The notes: generated by a model from the sequence alone, not told the origin. Positions 32,450 through 45,915 are shown, counted from the stretch's first letter. The stretch: 64,000 bases of DNA from Candidatus Latescibacterota bacterium (GCA_965237525.1 CBDEFO010000001.1:59570-123569); one strand, 5' to 3'. Program-made: numbers and translations.

Positions 32450-35400
32450 CTAAACTTCTTGTGACATCTATTAATCCCACTTCTGGTACAGCATTGGGGG
32501 GTACGCCTGTGACGATAAGGGGGAACGATTTCCAAAGTGAGGCAACTGTTACTTTCAGGGATAGTGCAGCTACAAATGTAATCGTAGTGTCTGATACCAT
32601 CATTACGGCTGCGACTCCTTCTCATCCTATCGGAAGTGTAGACGTGATAGTCACAAATCCTAGTGGTCTGGCAGACACGCTCTTTAATGGATTTACTTTT
32701 CTTTCTCATCCTGATGTAACATCTATTGATCCTGTTTCTGGTACAGAATTAGGCGGTACGTCTGTGACAATATCAGGGAGTAGTTTCCAAAGTGGATCAA
32801 CTGTTACTCTTGGAGATAGTGCAGCCACAGATATAGTCGTAATATCTTCTGATACCATTACTGCTGTAACTCCTGCTCATCCTGCTGGCACTGTGGATGT
32901 GATAGTCACAAATCCTAGTGGTTTGGCAGACACGCTCTTTAATGGATTTACTTTTCTTTCTTATCCTGATGTAACATCTATTGATCCTGTTTCTGGCACA
33001 GAATTAGGCGGTACGTCTGTGACAATATCAGGGAGTAGTTTCCAAAGTGGATCAACTGTTACTCTTGGAGATAGTGCAGCGACAGATATAGTCGTAATAT
33101 CTTCTGATACGATTACTGCTGTAACTCCTGCTCATCTTGCCGGCACTGTGGATGTGATAGTCACAAATCCCAATGGTCTTTCAGACACACTATCTAATGG
33201 ATTTACTTTCCTTTCCCATCCTGCTATAACATCTATTGATACTGTTCTTGGCACACAATTAGGCGGTACCTCTGTGACAATATCAGGGAGTAGTTTCCAA
33301 AGTGGATCAACTGTCACTCTTGGAGATAGTGCAGCGACAGATATAGTCGTAATATCTTCTGATACGATTACTGCTGTAACTCCTGCTCATCCTGCTGGCA
33401 CTGTGGATGTGATAGTCACAAATCCCAATGGTCTTTCAGACACACTATCTAATGGATTTACTTTTCTTTCTCATCCTGCTATAACATCTATTGATCCTGT
33501 TCTTGGCACACAATTGGGAGGTACATCTGTGACAATAACAGGGAGCGATTACCGAAGTGGATCAACTGTTACTTTTGGAGATAGTGCAGCTATAGATATA
33601 GTCGTAATATCCTCTGGTACCATTACTGCTGTAACTCCTGCTCATCCTGCTGGCACTGTGGATGTGATAGTCACAAATCCCAATGGTCTTTCAGACACAC
33701 TATCTAGTGGACTTACTTTTCTTTCTCATCCTGATGTAACATCTATTGATCCTGTTTCTGGCACAGAATTAGGCGGTACGTCTGTGACAATATCAGGGAG
33801 TAGTTTCCAAAGTGGATCAACTGTTACTTTTGGAAATAGTGTAGCTACAGATGTATTCGAACTGTCAGAAAGTATAATTAATGCCACAACTCCTGCTCAT
33901 CCTGCTGGCACTGTGGATGTGATAGTCACAAATCCCAGTGGTCTGGCAGACACACTTTCTGGTGGATTTACTTTTCTTTCTCATCCTGATGTAACATCCA
34001 TTGATCCTGTTTCTGGTACAGAATTAGGCGGTACATCTGTGACGATAGTAGGGAGCAATTTCCAAAGTGGATCAACTGTTACTTTTGGAGATAGCACAGC
34101 AACAGATATAGTCGTAATATCCTCTGGTACCATTACTGCTGTAACTCCTGCTCATCCTGCTGGCACTGTGGATGTGATAGTCACAAATCCCAATGGTCTT
34201 TCAGACACACTATCTAATAGATTTGAGTTTATTGGGATTCCCCCTGTTGTGACATCTATTGATCCTAATTCAGGCACACAATTAGGCAGTACATCTGTGA
34301 CAATATCAGGGAATAGTTTCCAAAGTGGATCAACTGTTACTTTTGGAGATAGCACAGCTACAGATATAGTCGTAGTATCCTCCGCCATCGTCACCGCTAA
34401 GACTTCCTCATATCCTGCTGGCACTGTGGATGTGATAGTCACAAATCCCAATGGTCTTTCAGACACACTATCTAATAGATTTGCAGATTGGGATTCCCCC
34501 TGTTGTGACATCTATTGATCCTCAGGCACACTAGGCAGTACATGTGACAATTTATTCCAAAGTGGATCAACTGTTACTTTTCCTAGCACAGCTACAGATT
34601 AGTCGTAGTACATCGTCACCGCTAAGACTTCCTCATATCCTGCTACTGTGGATGTGATAGTTACAAATCCCAATGGTCTGGCAGATACCTATCTAATGGA
34701 TTTATTTTTATTCCTCCTCTTGTTGTAACATCTATTAACCCTAATTCAGACACGCAATTGGGAGGTACATCTGTGACAATATCAGGGAGCGATTTCCAAA
34801 GTGGATCAACTGTTACTTTTGGAGATAGCACAGCTACAGATATAGTCGTAATATCCTCTGGTACCATTACTGCTGTAACTCCTGCTCATCCTGCTGGTAC
34901 TGTGGATGTGATAGTCACAAATCCCAGTGGTCTTTCAGACACACTATCTAGTGGACTTACTTTTCTTTCTCATCCTGATGTGACATTTATTAATCCTTCT
35001 TCTGGTACAGAATTAGGCGGTACATCTGTGACGATAGTAGGGAGCAATTTCCAAAGTGGATCAACTGTTACTTTTGGAGATAGCACAGCAACAGATATAG
35101 TCGTAATATCCTCTGGTACCATTACTGCTGTAACTCCTGCTCATCCTGCTGGCACTGTGGATGTGATAGTCACAAATCCCAATGGTCTTTCAGACACACT
35201 ATCTAATAGATTTGAGTTTATTGGGATTCCCCCTGTTGTGACATCTATTGATCCTAATTCAGGCACACAATTAGGCAGTACATCTGTGACAATATCAGGG
35301 AATAGTTTCCAAAGTGGATCAACTGTTACTTTTGGAGATAGCACAGCTACAGATATAGTCGTAGTATCCTCCGCCATCGTCACCGCTAAGACTTCCTCAT

Positions 35401-36765
35401 ATCCTGCTGGCACTGTGGATGTGATAGTTACAAATCCCAATGGTCTGGCAGATACACTATCTAATGGATTTATTTTTATTCCTCCTCTTGTTGTAACATC
35501 TATTAACCCTAATTCAGACACGCAATTGGGAGGTACATCTGTGACAATATCAGGGAGCGATTTCCAAAGCGGATCAACTGTTACTTTTGGAGATAGCACA
35601 GCTACAGATATAGTCGTAATATCCTCTGGTACCATTACTGCTGTAACTCCTGCTCATCCTGCTGGTACTGTGGATGTGATAGTCACAAATCCCAGTGGTC
35701 TTTCAGACACACTATCTAGTGGACTTACTTTTCTTTCTCATCCTGAAGTGACATTTATTAATCCTTCTTCTGGTACAGAATTAGGCGGTACATCTGTGAC
35801 GATAGTAGGGAGCAATTTCCAAAGTGGATCAACTGTTACTTTTGGAGATAGCACAGCAACAGATATAGTCGTAATATCCTCTGGTACCATTACTGCTGTA
35901 ACTCCTGCTCATCCTGCTGGCACTGTGGATGTGATAGTCACAAATCCCAATGGTCTTTCAGACACACTATCTAATAGATTTGAGTTTATTGGGATTCCCC
36001 CTGTTGTGACATCTATTGATCCTAATTCAGGCACACAATTAGGCAGTACATCTGTGACAATATCAGGGAATAGTTTCCAAAGTGGATCAACTGTTACTTT
36101 TGGAGATAGCACAGCTACAGATATAGTCGTAGTATCCTCCGCCATCGTCACCGCTAAGACTTCCTCATATCCTGCTGGCACTGTGGATGTGATAGTTACA
36201 AATCCCAATGGTCTGGCAGATACACTATCTAATGGATTTATTTTTATTCCTCCTCTTGTTGTAACATCTATTAACCCTAATTCAGACACGCAATTGGGAG
36301 GTACATCTGTGACAATATCAGGGAGCGATTTCCAAAGTGGATCAACTGTTACTTTTGGAGATAGCACAGCTACAGATATAGTCGTAATATCCTCTGGTAC
36401 CATTACTGCTGTAACTCCTGCTCATCCTGCTGGTACTGTGGATGTGATAGTCACAAATCCCAGTGGTCTTTCAGACACACTATCTAGTGGACTTACTTTT
36501 CTTTCTCATCCTGAAGTGACATTTATTAATCCTTCTTCTGGTACAGAATTAGGCGGTACATCTGTGACGATAGTAGGGGGCAATTTCCAAAGTGGATTAA
36601 CCGTTACTTTCGGGGATAGCTCAGCCACAGATATAGTCGTAGTATCCTCCACCATCATCACCGCTAAGACTTCCTTATATCCTGCTGGCACTGTGGATGT
36701 GATAGTCACAAATCCCAGTGGTCTTTCAGACACACTATCTAATGGATTTATTTTTCTTTCTCATC
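32450..36765 (+). repeat. Tandem array of 17 IPT/TIG-coding units (~255 bp) with a 768-bp higher-order period in the 3' half
   Basis: Repeated VTSIDPxSGTxLGGTSVTIxGSxFQSG...PAHPAGTVDVIVTNP. Anchor TATCTAATAGATTTGAG recurs at 34211, 35200 and 35968. Confidence 0.93.
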
Positions 36766-39463
36766 CTGTACCTACAATAGCGGTGAGTCCTACAGCGATA
36801 GATTTCGACACTGTGAAGATAGGAAATCTGGCAAGTGATACTCTCATTGTGATTAACACAGGGACGGTTTCGCTTCGGTTAGATAGCCTTGTGGTGTCCG
36901 GTAATCCCGTCTTTTCGTCTCCTTCGGGTCCGTTTAGCATAGCTCCAGGTGAAAGTCTTGAGGTGGAGGTGACATTTATTCCCGATACGGCGAAGATCTT
37001 CAGCGATACTTTGACTATATTCAGCAATTCCAATAACGATTCGAGCTTGGATATGTCTTTAACAGGAACGGGAGGGGGCTTCCCGGCTATAGACGCTGTG
37101 CCGGATACACTGAACTTTGGGGACATAGTTGTGAATACCTCAAAGACGGATACTGTCGTGGTCAAGAGCGTGGGGTCGATTTTGGCACTTGAAATAGACA
37201 GTGTAGTTGTGACATCCGGTGATTCTGTGTATTCGATAGTGGGGATTGTTGGCATAGGTGACAGTATCATAGCCTTTGGGGATAGTTTCAAGATTTCGGT
37301 CGAGTATAGTCCGAAAGATGTCGGTTCTGATGAGGGAACACTGACTATATTCAGCAATGCTTTGAGGGTACCGGCTGTGAGTGTGGTCCTTCTGGGCAGT
37401 GCCGAAGGTTTTGCCAATATTGATGTCGATCCCGATACTCTGGACTTTGGGAACCTTCGGTTCGGTCTGTCAAAGAGGGATACTGTGGGTATAATAAGTG
37501 TGGGTGTGGGTACGTCTTTGGTGATAGATAGTCTGGTTGTGACAGAGGGTACTACGTTCGTGTTGATCGATACCGTTGGGAACACATTTCTCCTTGTTGG
37601 AGACACTTTGTTCGCTGTAATTGAGTATACTCCTGATGGTATGGACACCAATAGAGCGAAGTTGAATATATTCAGCAATACAATCAATAACCTGGTCTTA
37701 GGTGTTCCTTTGGAGGGTAAGGGTATAGCACCTTACATAGATGCATCCACCCTTGCTATCGAATTTGATTCTGTGGAGGTTGGGAACACTTCGGAGGGTC
37801 TGGTGGTGATCAGGAATTCAGGGGACGCAGGTTTGACCCTTGGGATCTTGACGGTGGATGATGTTGTCAATTACGCTTTCAATCTGCCTCTTGTCAGTGT
37901 TTCCGATTCGGTTATTGCTCCTGGTGACAGCATTACGGTGGTCGTGACGTTCCAGCCTGAGGAAAGGGGAACATTCCCCGCGATTCTGACGATTCCAAGC
38001 AATGATCCTGACGCCCTACAGGATACTGTGTTTGTGAATTTGACAGGTGTAGGTATAGCTCCTGTTAATGAGGTTTCAAGGAGTTTGATAGATTTTCTGG
38101 GAATGCCCAAGGATAGTGTGAAGGTGGATTCTGTGTTTGTGAAAAATGTAGGGGATACACCTGCGAAGATTTTGTCTGTAGAGATTGGAACGTCTATATT
38201 TACGCCTTCTTTTGGCGATAGTGTAATAAATCCGAGCGATTCTGTGAGGGTAGATGTGGCGTTTAGGCCTCCTTCTGCTGGGCTATTTGAGGATACTCTA
38301 ATAGTTGTGAACGGGATTCCTTCTTCATCTGAGACTTTGAAGGTGGCTCTGGTGGGTAGAGGTATATTGATTAACGTGTTGGCTGTAGGTGACGCTCAGG
38401 CGTTTGCAGGCGATATGGACGTGGAAGTGTCGCTATCTATATTGAATAATGACACCTTGAGGGGCGTGGAGTTCGATCTGATATTCGATGCGGATTCTCT
38501 GACGCTAGTGGATGTAAAACCGAGGTTCGGACTGGCTGCGTCGCTTACGCCTCCTTATGGGGTGATTTTGGATATTCCTCAGGGCACTAATCTGGTTCCG
38601 ATTCACCAAGATCTTGACACTTTAGCTGTCCTGGTGTTCGATGTGGACGCCGGCGTTCCTGCCGGCATTGTGGGTCTGGACCTTGAGAATGTCAAATTTA
38701 CAGGAGCATCAGGGGATACTTTGACGCCTGACTCTGTGGCTCTAGACGGGTCGATTGAGATCCTCTTTGGGATGAATATAGATGTGGGACCAGATACAAT
38801 GGTCTTCGCTGAATCGCCGCCTAACGATACCTCGTTTGCAGCTCTGAGGGTGTTTAACGTGGGTAACAGAGACAGCCTGATCGTGGCCCAGATAATTTCC
38901 TCGAATCCTTCCGTCTTCTCGGTGGTAGATCCTCTTCCGTCGAGTCCGATACTTAAGGTGGACAGCCTGGACATTACGCTGAGATTCACATCGCCCGATA
39001 CGGGATTCTTTACTGCGACTGCGACGATTGTAAGCAATGATCTGGATGCGGATAGCGTGTTTGTTGTAAATTTGACGGGTGTTGGAAAGATCGCAGGGTT
39101 TAATATTTCAAGTTCTGTAAAATACTTTGCAGATACTACTAAGAATGTGCCTGATGTAGTAATCAGGCTTGCGGAACTGCCCGACCAAACTTTTGTCGAC
39201 TCGGACACGGCCATTACTGACGGATCCTATGACTTGCTACTGGTTCCTGCTGGAAAGGGTTACCGGGCTACGCCTTTGAGGGCTGAGACTGAAGGGGCTG
39301 CAACTGGTGCTATAACTATTAACGATCCTGTATTTCTTCTCCAGAAATTGGGTGGCATAAGATCATTCAACCGTCAAGACACACTTGCGGCTGACGTTGA
39401 TGGTGACCTTGTTCCTACCATTAACGATGCGGTGTTTCTTCTCCAGAAATTGGGAGGTATTAG

Positions 39464-40982
39464 AAGCCTTGTGAAACAGTTATGTCCCAGGCAGCGTCTG
39501 AAGCGCCGATTATGGGTCAAAGAGTAGCATATCGTATCGTTTTGCTGTGGAATAAGCAAAATAGTCTTATCAGAGTTCTGGTCAGCAAGGAATAGGAGCT
39601 GTTTGAAGAACAGGATGCACTGTCTTTGACAGACAGGGCACACATAGACGCTTTCCCCCTTCTTATGAAAGATACAAGCCTCTTGAGATTCTGTACTGTT
39701 GCAACAAGATTCAACTGTTCATTCAGTGAGGCTAGTTCTCTGTAACGGGCTCGTCCCATACCGTGTTGTTGCCTGGCTTCAGCAAAGATATGTTCACTGC
39801 GTTTACGGAGTCTCCGGGAGAGTTTGTAGTCAGCTGTTAATGAGATAGACCGTGCATGATTTCTGGCTTTCGCCTCTCGCACTTTTCTATCCCGTTCGGC
39901 CTGAATATGTGCTGGATTTGTCTTGTTTTTCCATGTAGGAATCGGTTCAATCTTCTCATCGGCTCGCAGAGGAATATGGGGTATGATTCCCCGGTCAAGT
40001 ACATCAGCGATAAAATTACCAGAACCGTAACCGGTATCGGCACTAAGTGTCTGAATGTCTTTGGGCATGGTGTATGTTTCAAGGTCATCTACCATCTTAA
40101 GGGCACTTTCGGGCTCTGCTGTCCCTGTCGCCTGCGTGCCCTGAGTCTCAAGGATTACTCTGCTTTTTGTGTCGATCAGATCATGGCCCATAAACGAGAG
40201 AAAAGCCCCTTTGCCCTTCGATTTGCTGTATAAGCGCGCGTCGGGGTCTGTAGTCGAACGGTGTGTTTGGTTCGTCCACTTTTCACCATGAAAGTCTTTA
40301 TCCTGAGGATGCCCGGACCTACCCTTTGTCTTATCACCTTCAAAACCGATTCCCTTGAGATAATCATCAAGAGAAACAGGGGGTTCTATCGGCTCAATAC
40401 TTTTCACTGAAGCATCAGCTTGTATCTGAGTGCCGTCGACACTAAGGTGTTTACCGCTCACAAGACCGACATCTATGCAACACTGGACTACCTGACGCAT
40501 TATCCGTTCAAACAACCCACTGGATGCCCACTTGTGATTGCGAAGCTTGTTGATCGTGCTCCTATCCGGAACCGCATCATCAAATGTCTGATGACAAAAC
40601 AACCGATATGCCGCATGCATCCCCACTTCCTGACAGAGCCGATTCTCACTCAAATTATACAGATAGCCAATAAGGATCATTCGAACAACTAATTCAGGAT
40701 CAATACCGGGTCTGCCATTGTCAGGGCAATAACAATCTGATACAACGTCTCGTACAAATGAAAAATCAACTGCCTCATCAATCTGACGAAGGATATGATC
40801 CTCGGGAACTAAATCCTCCATCTGAAAATAGTGAAACATCGGATTTGTCTGTTCCTGCTTTTGTGGGGTCATTGTTTCCTCCATGTATAATATTATCAAT
40901 AACATAATATAATACATCGGAGCTGCTTTATCAATGCTTGTTCTATACTACTTTCTGAATCTAAGGGTTTTTCACAAGGCTT
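39464..40982 (-). mobile_element. IS1182-family element copy B (transposase 39517..40917)
   Basis: Inverted near-identical copy of copy A; TSD TTAG; 1519 bp. Confidence 0.93.
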
Positions 40983-41868
40983 TTAGATCTTTGCCGTTCC
41001 CTCCAGGCTTTTGGAGGTTTGATCCCTCAAGTAAAGAGTATCTCAATCTGAGTGCTGATCAGACTGCACAGGCTTATCTCGGCATCCTTGTAGGTGATGT
41101 AGATGGTGATTTCAAGAACGTCCTTCCTCCTACTGCTAATACTGTGAAACCTGAACCGTCCAGCATAAGACTCTCTTTGGGAAACTCAGAGCATAAGTCC
41201 TACAAAAGATGGACTGTCCAAGTAGAAGTTAATAGACCAGATAGTGTCTTTGGGATTGACGTAGGGATCGAATATCCTGTTGGGGTTATAGATGTGAAAG
41301 AGGTCAGAATGATTGAAGATAACAGTAAGTATCTATTAGTATATAATCTGAATAATGATGGTCGAATAGATATTGTGATGGCCAGTGCTAGGCCGTTTGA
41401 AGGTGCTTTGGCTGAGATAGAGTTTGAGATTATAGGCAAGCCCAATGAAGCAGGCTTCACAGTTACCAGGACGGTGATCTCAGATGCTATAAGAGCAATA
41501 GACCTATATCCTGCAAACGAACGGTTTGCACTATTGCCTAAGGAAGCATCCTTAAACCAAAACTATCCCAATCCGTTTAACCCTGAAACTACAATTGACT
41601 TTGCTATTCCTCCTGGTTCCGGGACAGTGCCTGTGAAGCTAAGCATATATAATGCTATTGGGCAAAGGATAAAGGTTTTGGTCGATGATAAGATGAATCC
41701 CGGTTTCTATTCGGTTGTATGGGACGGCAGAGACGATATTGGAAAGGTTCTTGCGAGCGGAGTCTATTTCTATCGGATGGAGATAGTTGGTTTTCCGCAG
41801 ACAAGGAAGCTAATATTGATGCGGTAGGTTTCTAGACCCTTTTGTGGCGCGTACAGGATTGAACGCAC

Positions 41869-41898
41869 AGCCCGTGAGAAATGACGGGCTTTCTTCTT
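41869..41898 (+). terminator. Rho-independent terminator
   Basis: AGCCCGT/ACGGGCT stem followed by TTCTTCTT after the stop at 41827. Confidence 0.65.
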
Positions 41899-41950
41899 GA
41901 TCATTTACACTGCTATCAACTTTAGGTGCAGTAAGTTTCTAGAACGAATT

Positions 41951-42012
41951 TCGCACGCCCAGAGGGACTAGAACCCCCAACCTTCTGATACGTAGTCAAA
42001 GTATGAGCTAAG
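41951..42012 (-). pseudogene. tRNA-Arg(ACG) remnant / possible att site
   Basis: Minus strand reads CTTAGCTCA-TAC-TTTGA CTACGTA TCAGA AGGTT GGGGG TTCTAGT CCCTC TGGGCGT G CGA. Anticodon arm, T arm and 3' acceptor strand are present; D loop and 5' end are missing. Confidence 0.75.
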
Positions 42013-43314
42013 GGTTGAATATCAAATGAAATCGGTGCACCTAATTTGATCTTTGTTTAGAGTATTAGTAGATTAAGTTGAGTTGATTGTCTTAACTTTA
42101 ATCTACGGAGTCCTATGGACAAAGAGAGATTGGCCGTATTAAGACAAGAAGTCAACGAGATGTATTTTAAGAAAGAAATGTCAAAGCGAGAAGTTATCAA
42201 ACAAGCGAGAGTTTCCAATGATTTCGTTACGGCTTGGACTAAATCTCTGGATCAGGATTTTGCCATGGATAATCGGGGTTGGCCAAAAGGAAAAAGGCGA
42301 AAATTGGCTAAAGTTGACGAACAGAGAATCAAAGAGATTTACCATAGCTTAGAGGACGATCCTTATCAGTTCTATTCAGGAGCCACTGTTATTGAACAAG
42401 AATGGAGGAATCGATATTCTAGCACCCCTCCTCCGTCGTTGCCGACTATCGGCAGAATGCTTTCAGATTTAGGACTTTCCCAGAGAAGGAAGAAAGGTAA
42501 AAACAAGGGTGCATCTCGTTATCTTTGTTATCCAGAGTATACCATTTACTATCTTTCAGGAGGCAGAGTCCTAGAATCAGACTTTATTGGTAAAAAGTAT
42601 CTTACCGGCAGAACTGAGCCGGTCAACTTCGTTGGATTTTCCTTTAAGAAAGAGCCTAAGTTAAGGTATTTTCGGCGGGTTGACGGTCAAACAGCAACTA
42701 ACTTTATCGAGAAGTGTCAGTCTTTCTTTGACAGGTTTGAAAAACCAGATTTCGTTAAGGTGGACAATTGCTCGGCGACTATTGGCAGTGTTTCAGGTAA
42801 AAGGAATGTCAGCAAAGCAATGCAGTTTCTCTTGAAAAATCAAGTGATTCCGATATTTGCCGTTCCCAGAAGGCCCTTTTCTCAAGCATCTATAGAAGGC
42901 AACAATTCTGTATTTTCAAGGAAGTTCTGGAACAGAATTCAGTTCAAAAGCTTACAAGAAGTTGATCAGAAGTTAGAATGGTTTAATCTTTCATCACAGA
43001 GATACACCGGCTACCGTCCACCTAAGCAAGAGAAGTCAAACGAGAAAGATTTCATTCCCAAGACCTATTTTATCAGACAAGTCAAACAGGACACAGAACA
43101 GACAGATAAAGCCTTTATCGATGTCCTAAATGAGAAAGTATCTCTTCCCTCCTCTTACACCAACTACTTTGTCCTGGCTGAATGGAACCTAAAAGAAGAA
43201 CAATTATACATCCATTTTGAAAAAGAACAGAAACCAAAGATTGTCCAAAACCTATCATTCAAGATCAATCAAAGATCGAAAGAGAAGTGCACCGATTTCA
43301 TTTGATAAATAACC
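42013..43314 (+). mobile_element. IS481-like element copy 3 (transposase 42115..43305)
   Basis: Same TIRs; flanks GCTAAG/TCTACT do not match (no TSD). Confidence 0.92.
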
Positions 43315-43799
43315 TCTACTTGATGGGGTACATTATCGTAACTGCTTTCTGCTTTACTGTTACTCTGTTCCTACTAAGTGGTGGCTGGCATGTTGTTGGG
43401 TCGGGTCTAGGCATCGTGGATCCAAGGCCTATAGATCCAAACCTGACAAGATTGGTGATTCCGTTTTTAGTTACTATTGACGCTGCGGGACTCTGCGTTT
43501 TGATTGTCCTTACCGGTGGAGCTCATAGAAGCCTCTTCACACCCTTGTTGTTTTCCTTGCCTGTCCTTGCTAGTATATTGAGTCAAGTTGGAACACGTTG
43601 GTATCTGTATTTTGTATTCATTTTCTTGGCCTATTTGATAGCGCTCTTTGGTTGCGGTACTGCATTATTTCGAATAGAGCGGATGGGTTTGTATAAGGGA
43701 ATGTTTCTATTAGTTGCGATAATATCAATGGGATTTACAGTAATATCCTATATGATGTCAAAAAGGGTTAGTACCGACGAGAATAGCGACAGTTTATAA
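43315..43799 (+). pseudogene. Multi-TM membrane protein, 5'-truncated by the IS; paralogue of 45972..46571
   Basis: NLTRLVIPFLVTIDAAGLCVLIVLTGGAHRSLFTPLL vs NLTDQVIPLLFLVDAVGLCILIVLSGGSDRSLFMPLL. Confidence 0.7.
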
Positions 43800-43800
43800 G

Positions 43801-44646
43801 ATGGTTGGGCTAAAGATAAGAAAATGGAGATTGCCTCTCGACTTTCTGGTAGGCAGCTGCCTCTGGTCCATATCAGTGCTGACGCAGGGGGGCTCGTTAG
43901 GCAACAAAATAGCATCCTACAAAGCGTATTCCCACATGGATCAGTTCTTCAAAAACCTTGATCCTATATCTCCTATTCTGACAACTCCAAGTCCCGAAAT
44001 AGCTCCCTTTGTTCCCGACCGAAGTGTCTTTGTTGTCAATACCGACCAATTAACACACCTTTTGGATGCTGCTGCGCAAGATAATATAACCGCCCTTAAG
44101 ATGCTTGCTTTCATAGGTATATTCAGTAAGACTCACAAATGCAGCGTCTACCTATCTGGTAAAGTGATCAGGGAGACAATTGAGGGTCACTTTACCCTCG
44201 GTCTGACCCTACCGCGTGAGAACATAGATCACCTCTTGTACATTCCCGACTCTGAGATAACCGAGGAAGTCTTTCAAGCGCACCTCAAGGTGATCTACTC
44301 ACGCCGGTATGTCCATCGCTTCGAAAAAGAGATCCTGGACGCCGATTTAGTCATCGGTGCGGATGAAACGGTCACTTACCTCAGGGACGGCGTGACACAG
44401 ACAGGTTATGTCGTCACCGCGGACGTCTATTATGGACAGACTAGCTTCGGTTTTCAGAACGTTCACGGCGTAGGGGGGAAGAAGAGAGGACTACTCGGAT
44501 TGCTCCAACGTGTTTTCTTCATCCCACAGGGAATCAAGGCAATGATGGTCGTCGATGTTGACTTGCGTATTGACGCATTCATAGACCAAATAGTTACTGA
44601 CTTTGAAGAAAACCCGATCTACGACATTCGGCGCATTGACAGATAG
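43801..44646 (+). CDS. Hypothetical protein
   Basis: 281-aa open frame; no motif recognised. Confidence 0.6.
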   Translation: MVGLKIRKWRLPLDFLVGSCLWSISVLTQGGSLGNKIASYKAYSHMDQFFKNLDPISPILTTPSPEIAPFVPDRSVFVVNTDQLTHLLDAAAQDNITALKMLAFIGIFSKTHKCSVYLSGKVIRETIEGHFTLGLTLPRENIDHLLYIPDSEITEEVFQAHLKVIYSRRYVHRFEKEILDADLVIGADETVTYLRDGVTQTGYVVTADVYYGQTSFGFQNVHGVGGKKRGLLGLLQRVFFIPQGIKAMMVVDVDLRIDAFIDQIVTDFEENPIYDIRRIDR

Positions 44647-44879
44647 TCAGAGGAAATCCAAATGCCCCAAGGCAGGGATTATCCATTTCAGACGCGATTA
44701 GGACATTCTGTATAGTGTTTAGCATTGGTGGTTATACTCATAGAAAAGTTAATATATTCCCCTTTATTAAGAGTGATGGAAACTACTACACAGGCGATAT
44801 CAGCTTACACCCTTATTGTAATACTCTCAAAAATTGAGAATAACTTAGCTGTTCAAAAATGGCTAAGGCAAAGGAGAAA

Positions 44880-45915
44880 ATGAAATGGCACGGCATTAAG
44901 TACATGGGAGCAGGTATGGGCGTTTCTTGGCCCGTGGCTGAAAAGTAAGATAGGAAAACCTATTCCTTTTTGGTTTTTCCTTGATGTAACGACCGCGTGT
45001 AATATGCGCTGTGGTTACTGTTTTGTCATCGAACCAAAACGAGCTTCAATGGACTGGAGCATAGCAAAACAATCAATCGATTTCATGCACAAGCAAGGTT
45101 GCAGAGTTATGGCTTTAATGGGTGGGGAACCTTTACTATTAGGAGATTCCCTAATAGAAATAATTGAATATGCAACTAGCAAAAGGATGTCCAGTTATCT
45201 TCTCACCAATTTATCGCTTTTAAGCAAGGAGTTCTTAAAAGATTTAATTACCGCTGGGGTGGGGATAATTGATATAGCCATAGATTCTATTGAAAAGCAG
45301 GAAGGATTCGACAAAAACGTAGAGGAACTCCAACAAAACTTTGATCTCGTCTTAAACAGTAGAAAGTATGGGGTTCATGTCAAACTTAATACCGTCATCA
45401 CCCGTGAAAATGTGAATGATGTTTATCAACTCGTGGAGCTCTCACGAAGTAAAAAGATGCCTATATCCCTGCATTTAATTGACGGACCAATGCCCCAGAC
45501 ACCACAGAAGCAATACGGATGGCTTAGGGATAATTGGCACTTCAGAAGTCAGGACTATCCAACCATAGAAACATTATCAAACTGGTTGATAGAGAAAAAG
45601 CCAGAAGGGTACCCGATACTTAACCCAATCTGGTACTTTGAGCGGATGAAAGAAATGGTCAAAGATGGAAACCACTCAGGATGGAAATGTCAGGCGGGAC
45701 AGCATACTCTCCTTATCAATATACAAGGCAAGTTTGCTCCTTGTCTTGCCCTTATATGGCAAGATAATGAAAAATGGGGTAACTTAAAGAAAGAAAAATG
45801 GCCTTTAGATAAGGAAGCGATGGAAGAACAACTAAGTATTTGTAATAGTAAATGCTTGTGCTGTGCTGACACGTTAACAACGCATGGTGAACTACATCCT
45901 TTTGCTTTTTTATAA
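44880..45915 (+). CDS. Radical SAM protein with SPASM/twitch-like C-terminus; apparent +1 frameshift near 44917
   Basis: RBS AAGGAG and ATG at 44880. The frame upstream of 45004 gives LDVTTACNMRCGYC (CxxxCxxC). Also MGGEPLL, CQAG...PC and CNSKCLCC. Confidence 0.85.

Larger units (their letters stand above)
26978..41827 (+). pseudogene. Giant (~3500 aa) secreted surface protein: acidic Ig-like region, 17 IPT/TIG repeats, ~6 ASH/choice-of-anchor-D-like domains, cohesin-like, dockerin-like, FlgD/Por-type C-terminal tail; split by three IS
   Basis: Removing each IS plus one TSD restores the frame at all junctions: MRKGHFK|EILISLLVVV, FNLV|PDA, GGIR|SLPFPPG. Ends QNYPNPFNPETTI...WDGRDD...ASGVYFYR...RKLILMR. 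Confidence 0.9.

Noticed and set aside
32450..36765. Long regular repeat array as a CRISPR or DGR template
   Set aside because: Units are ~255-bp in-frame IPT domains without unique spacers; no cas or reverse transcriptase gene is present.
26998..40982. Inverted IS1182 pair as a composite transposon or inversion
   Set aside because: Each copy has its own TSD (TTAA, TTAG) and the host gene reads collinearly through both, so these are independent insertions.
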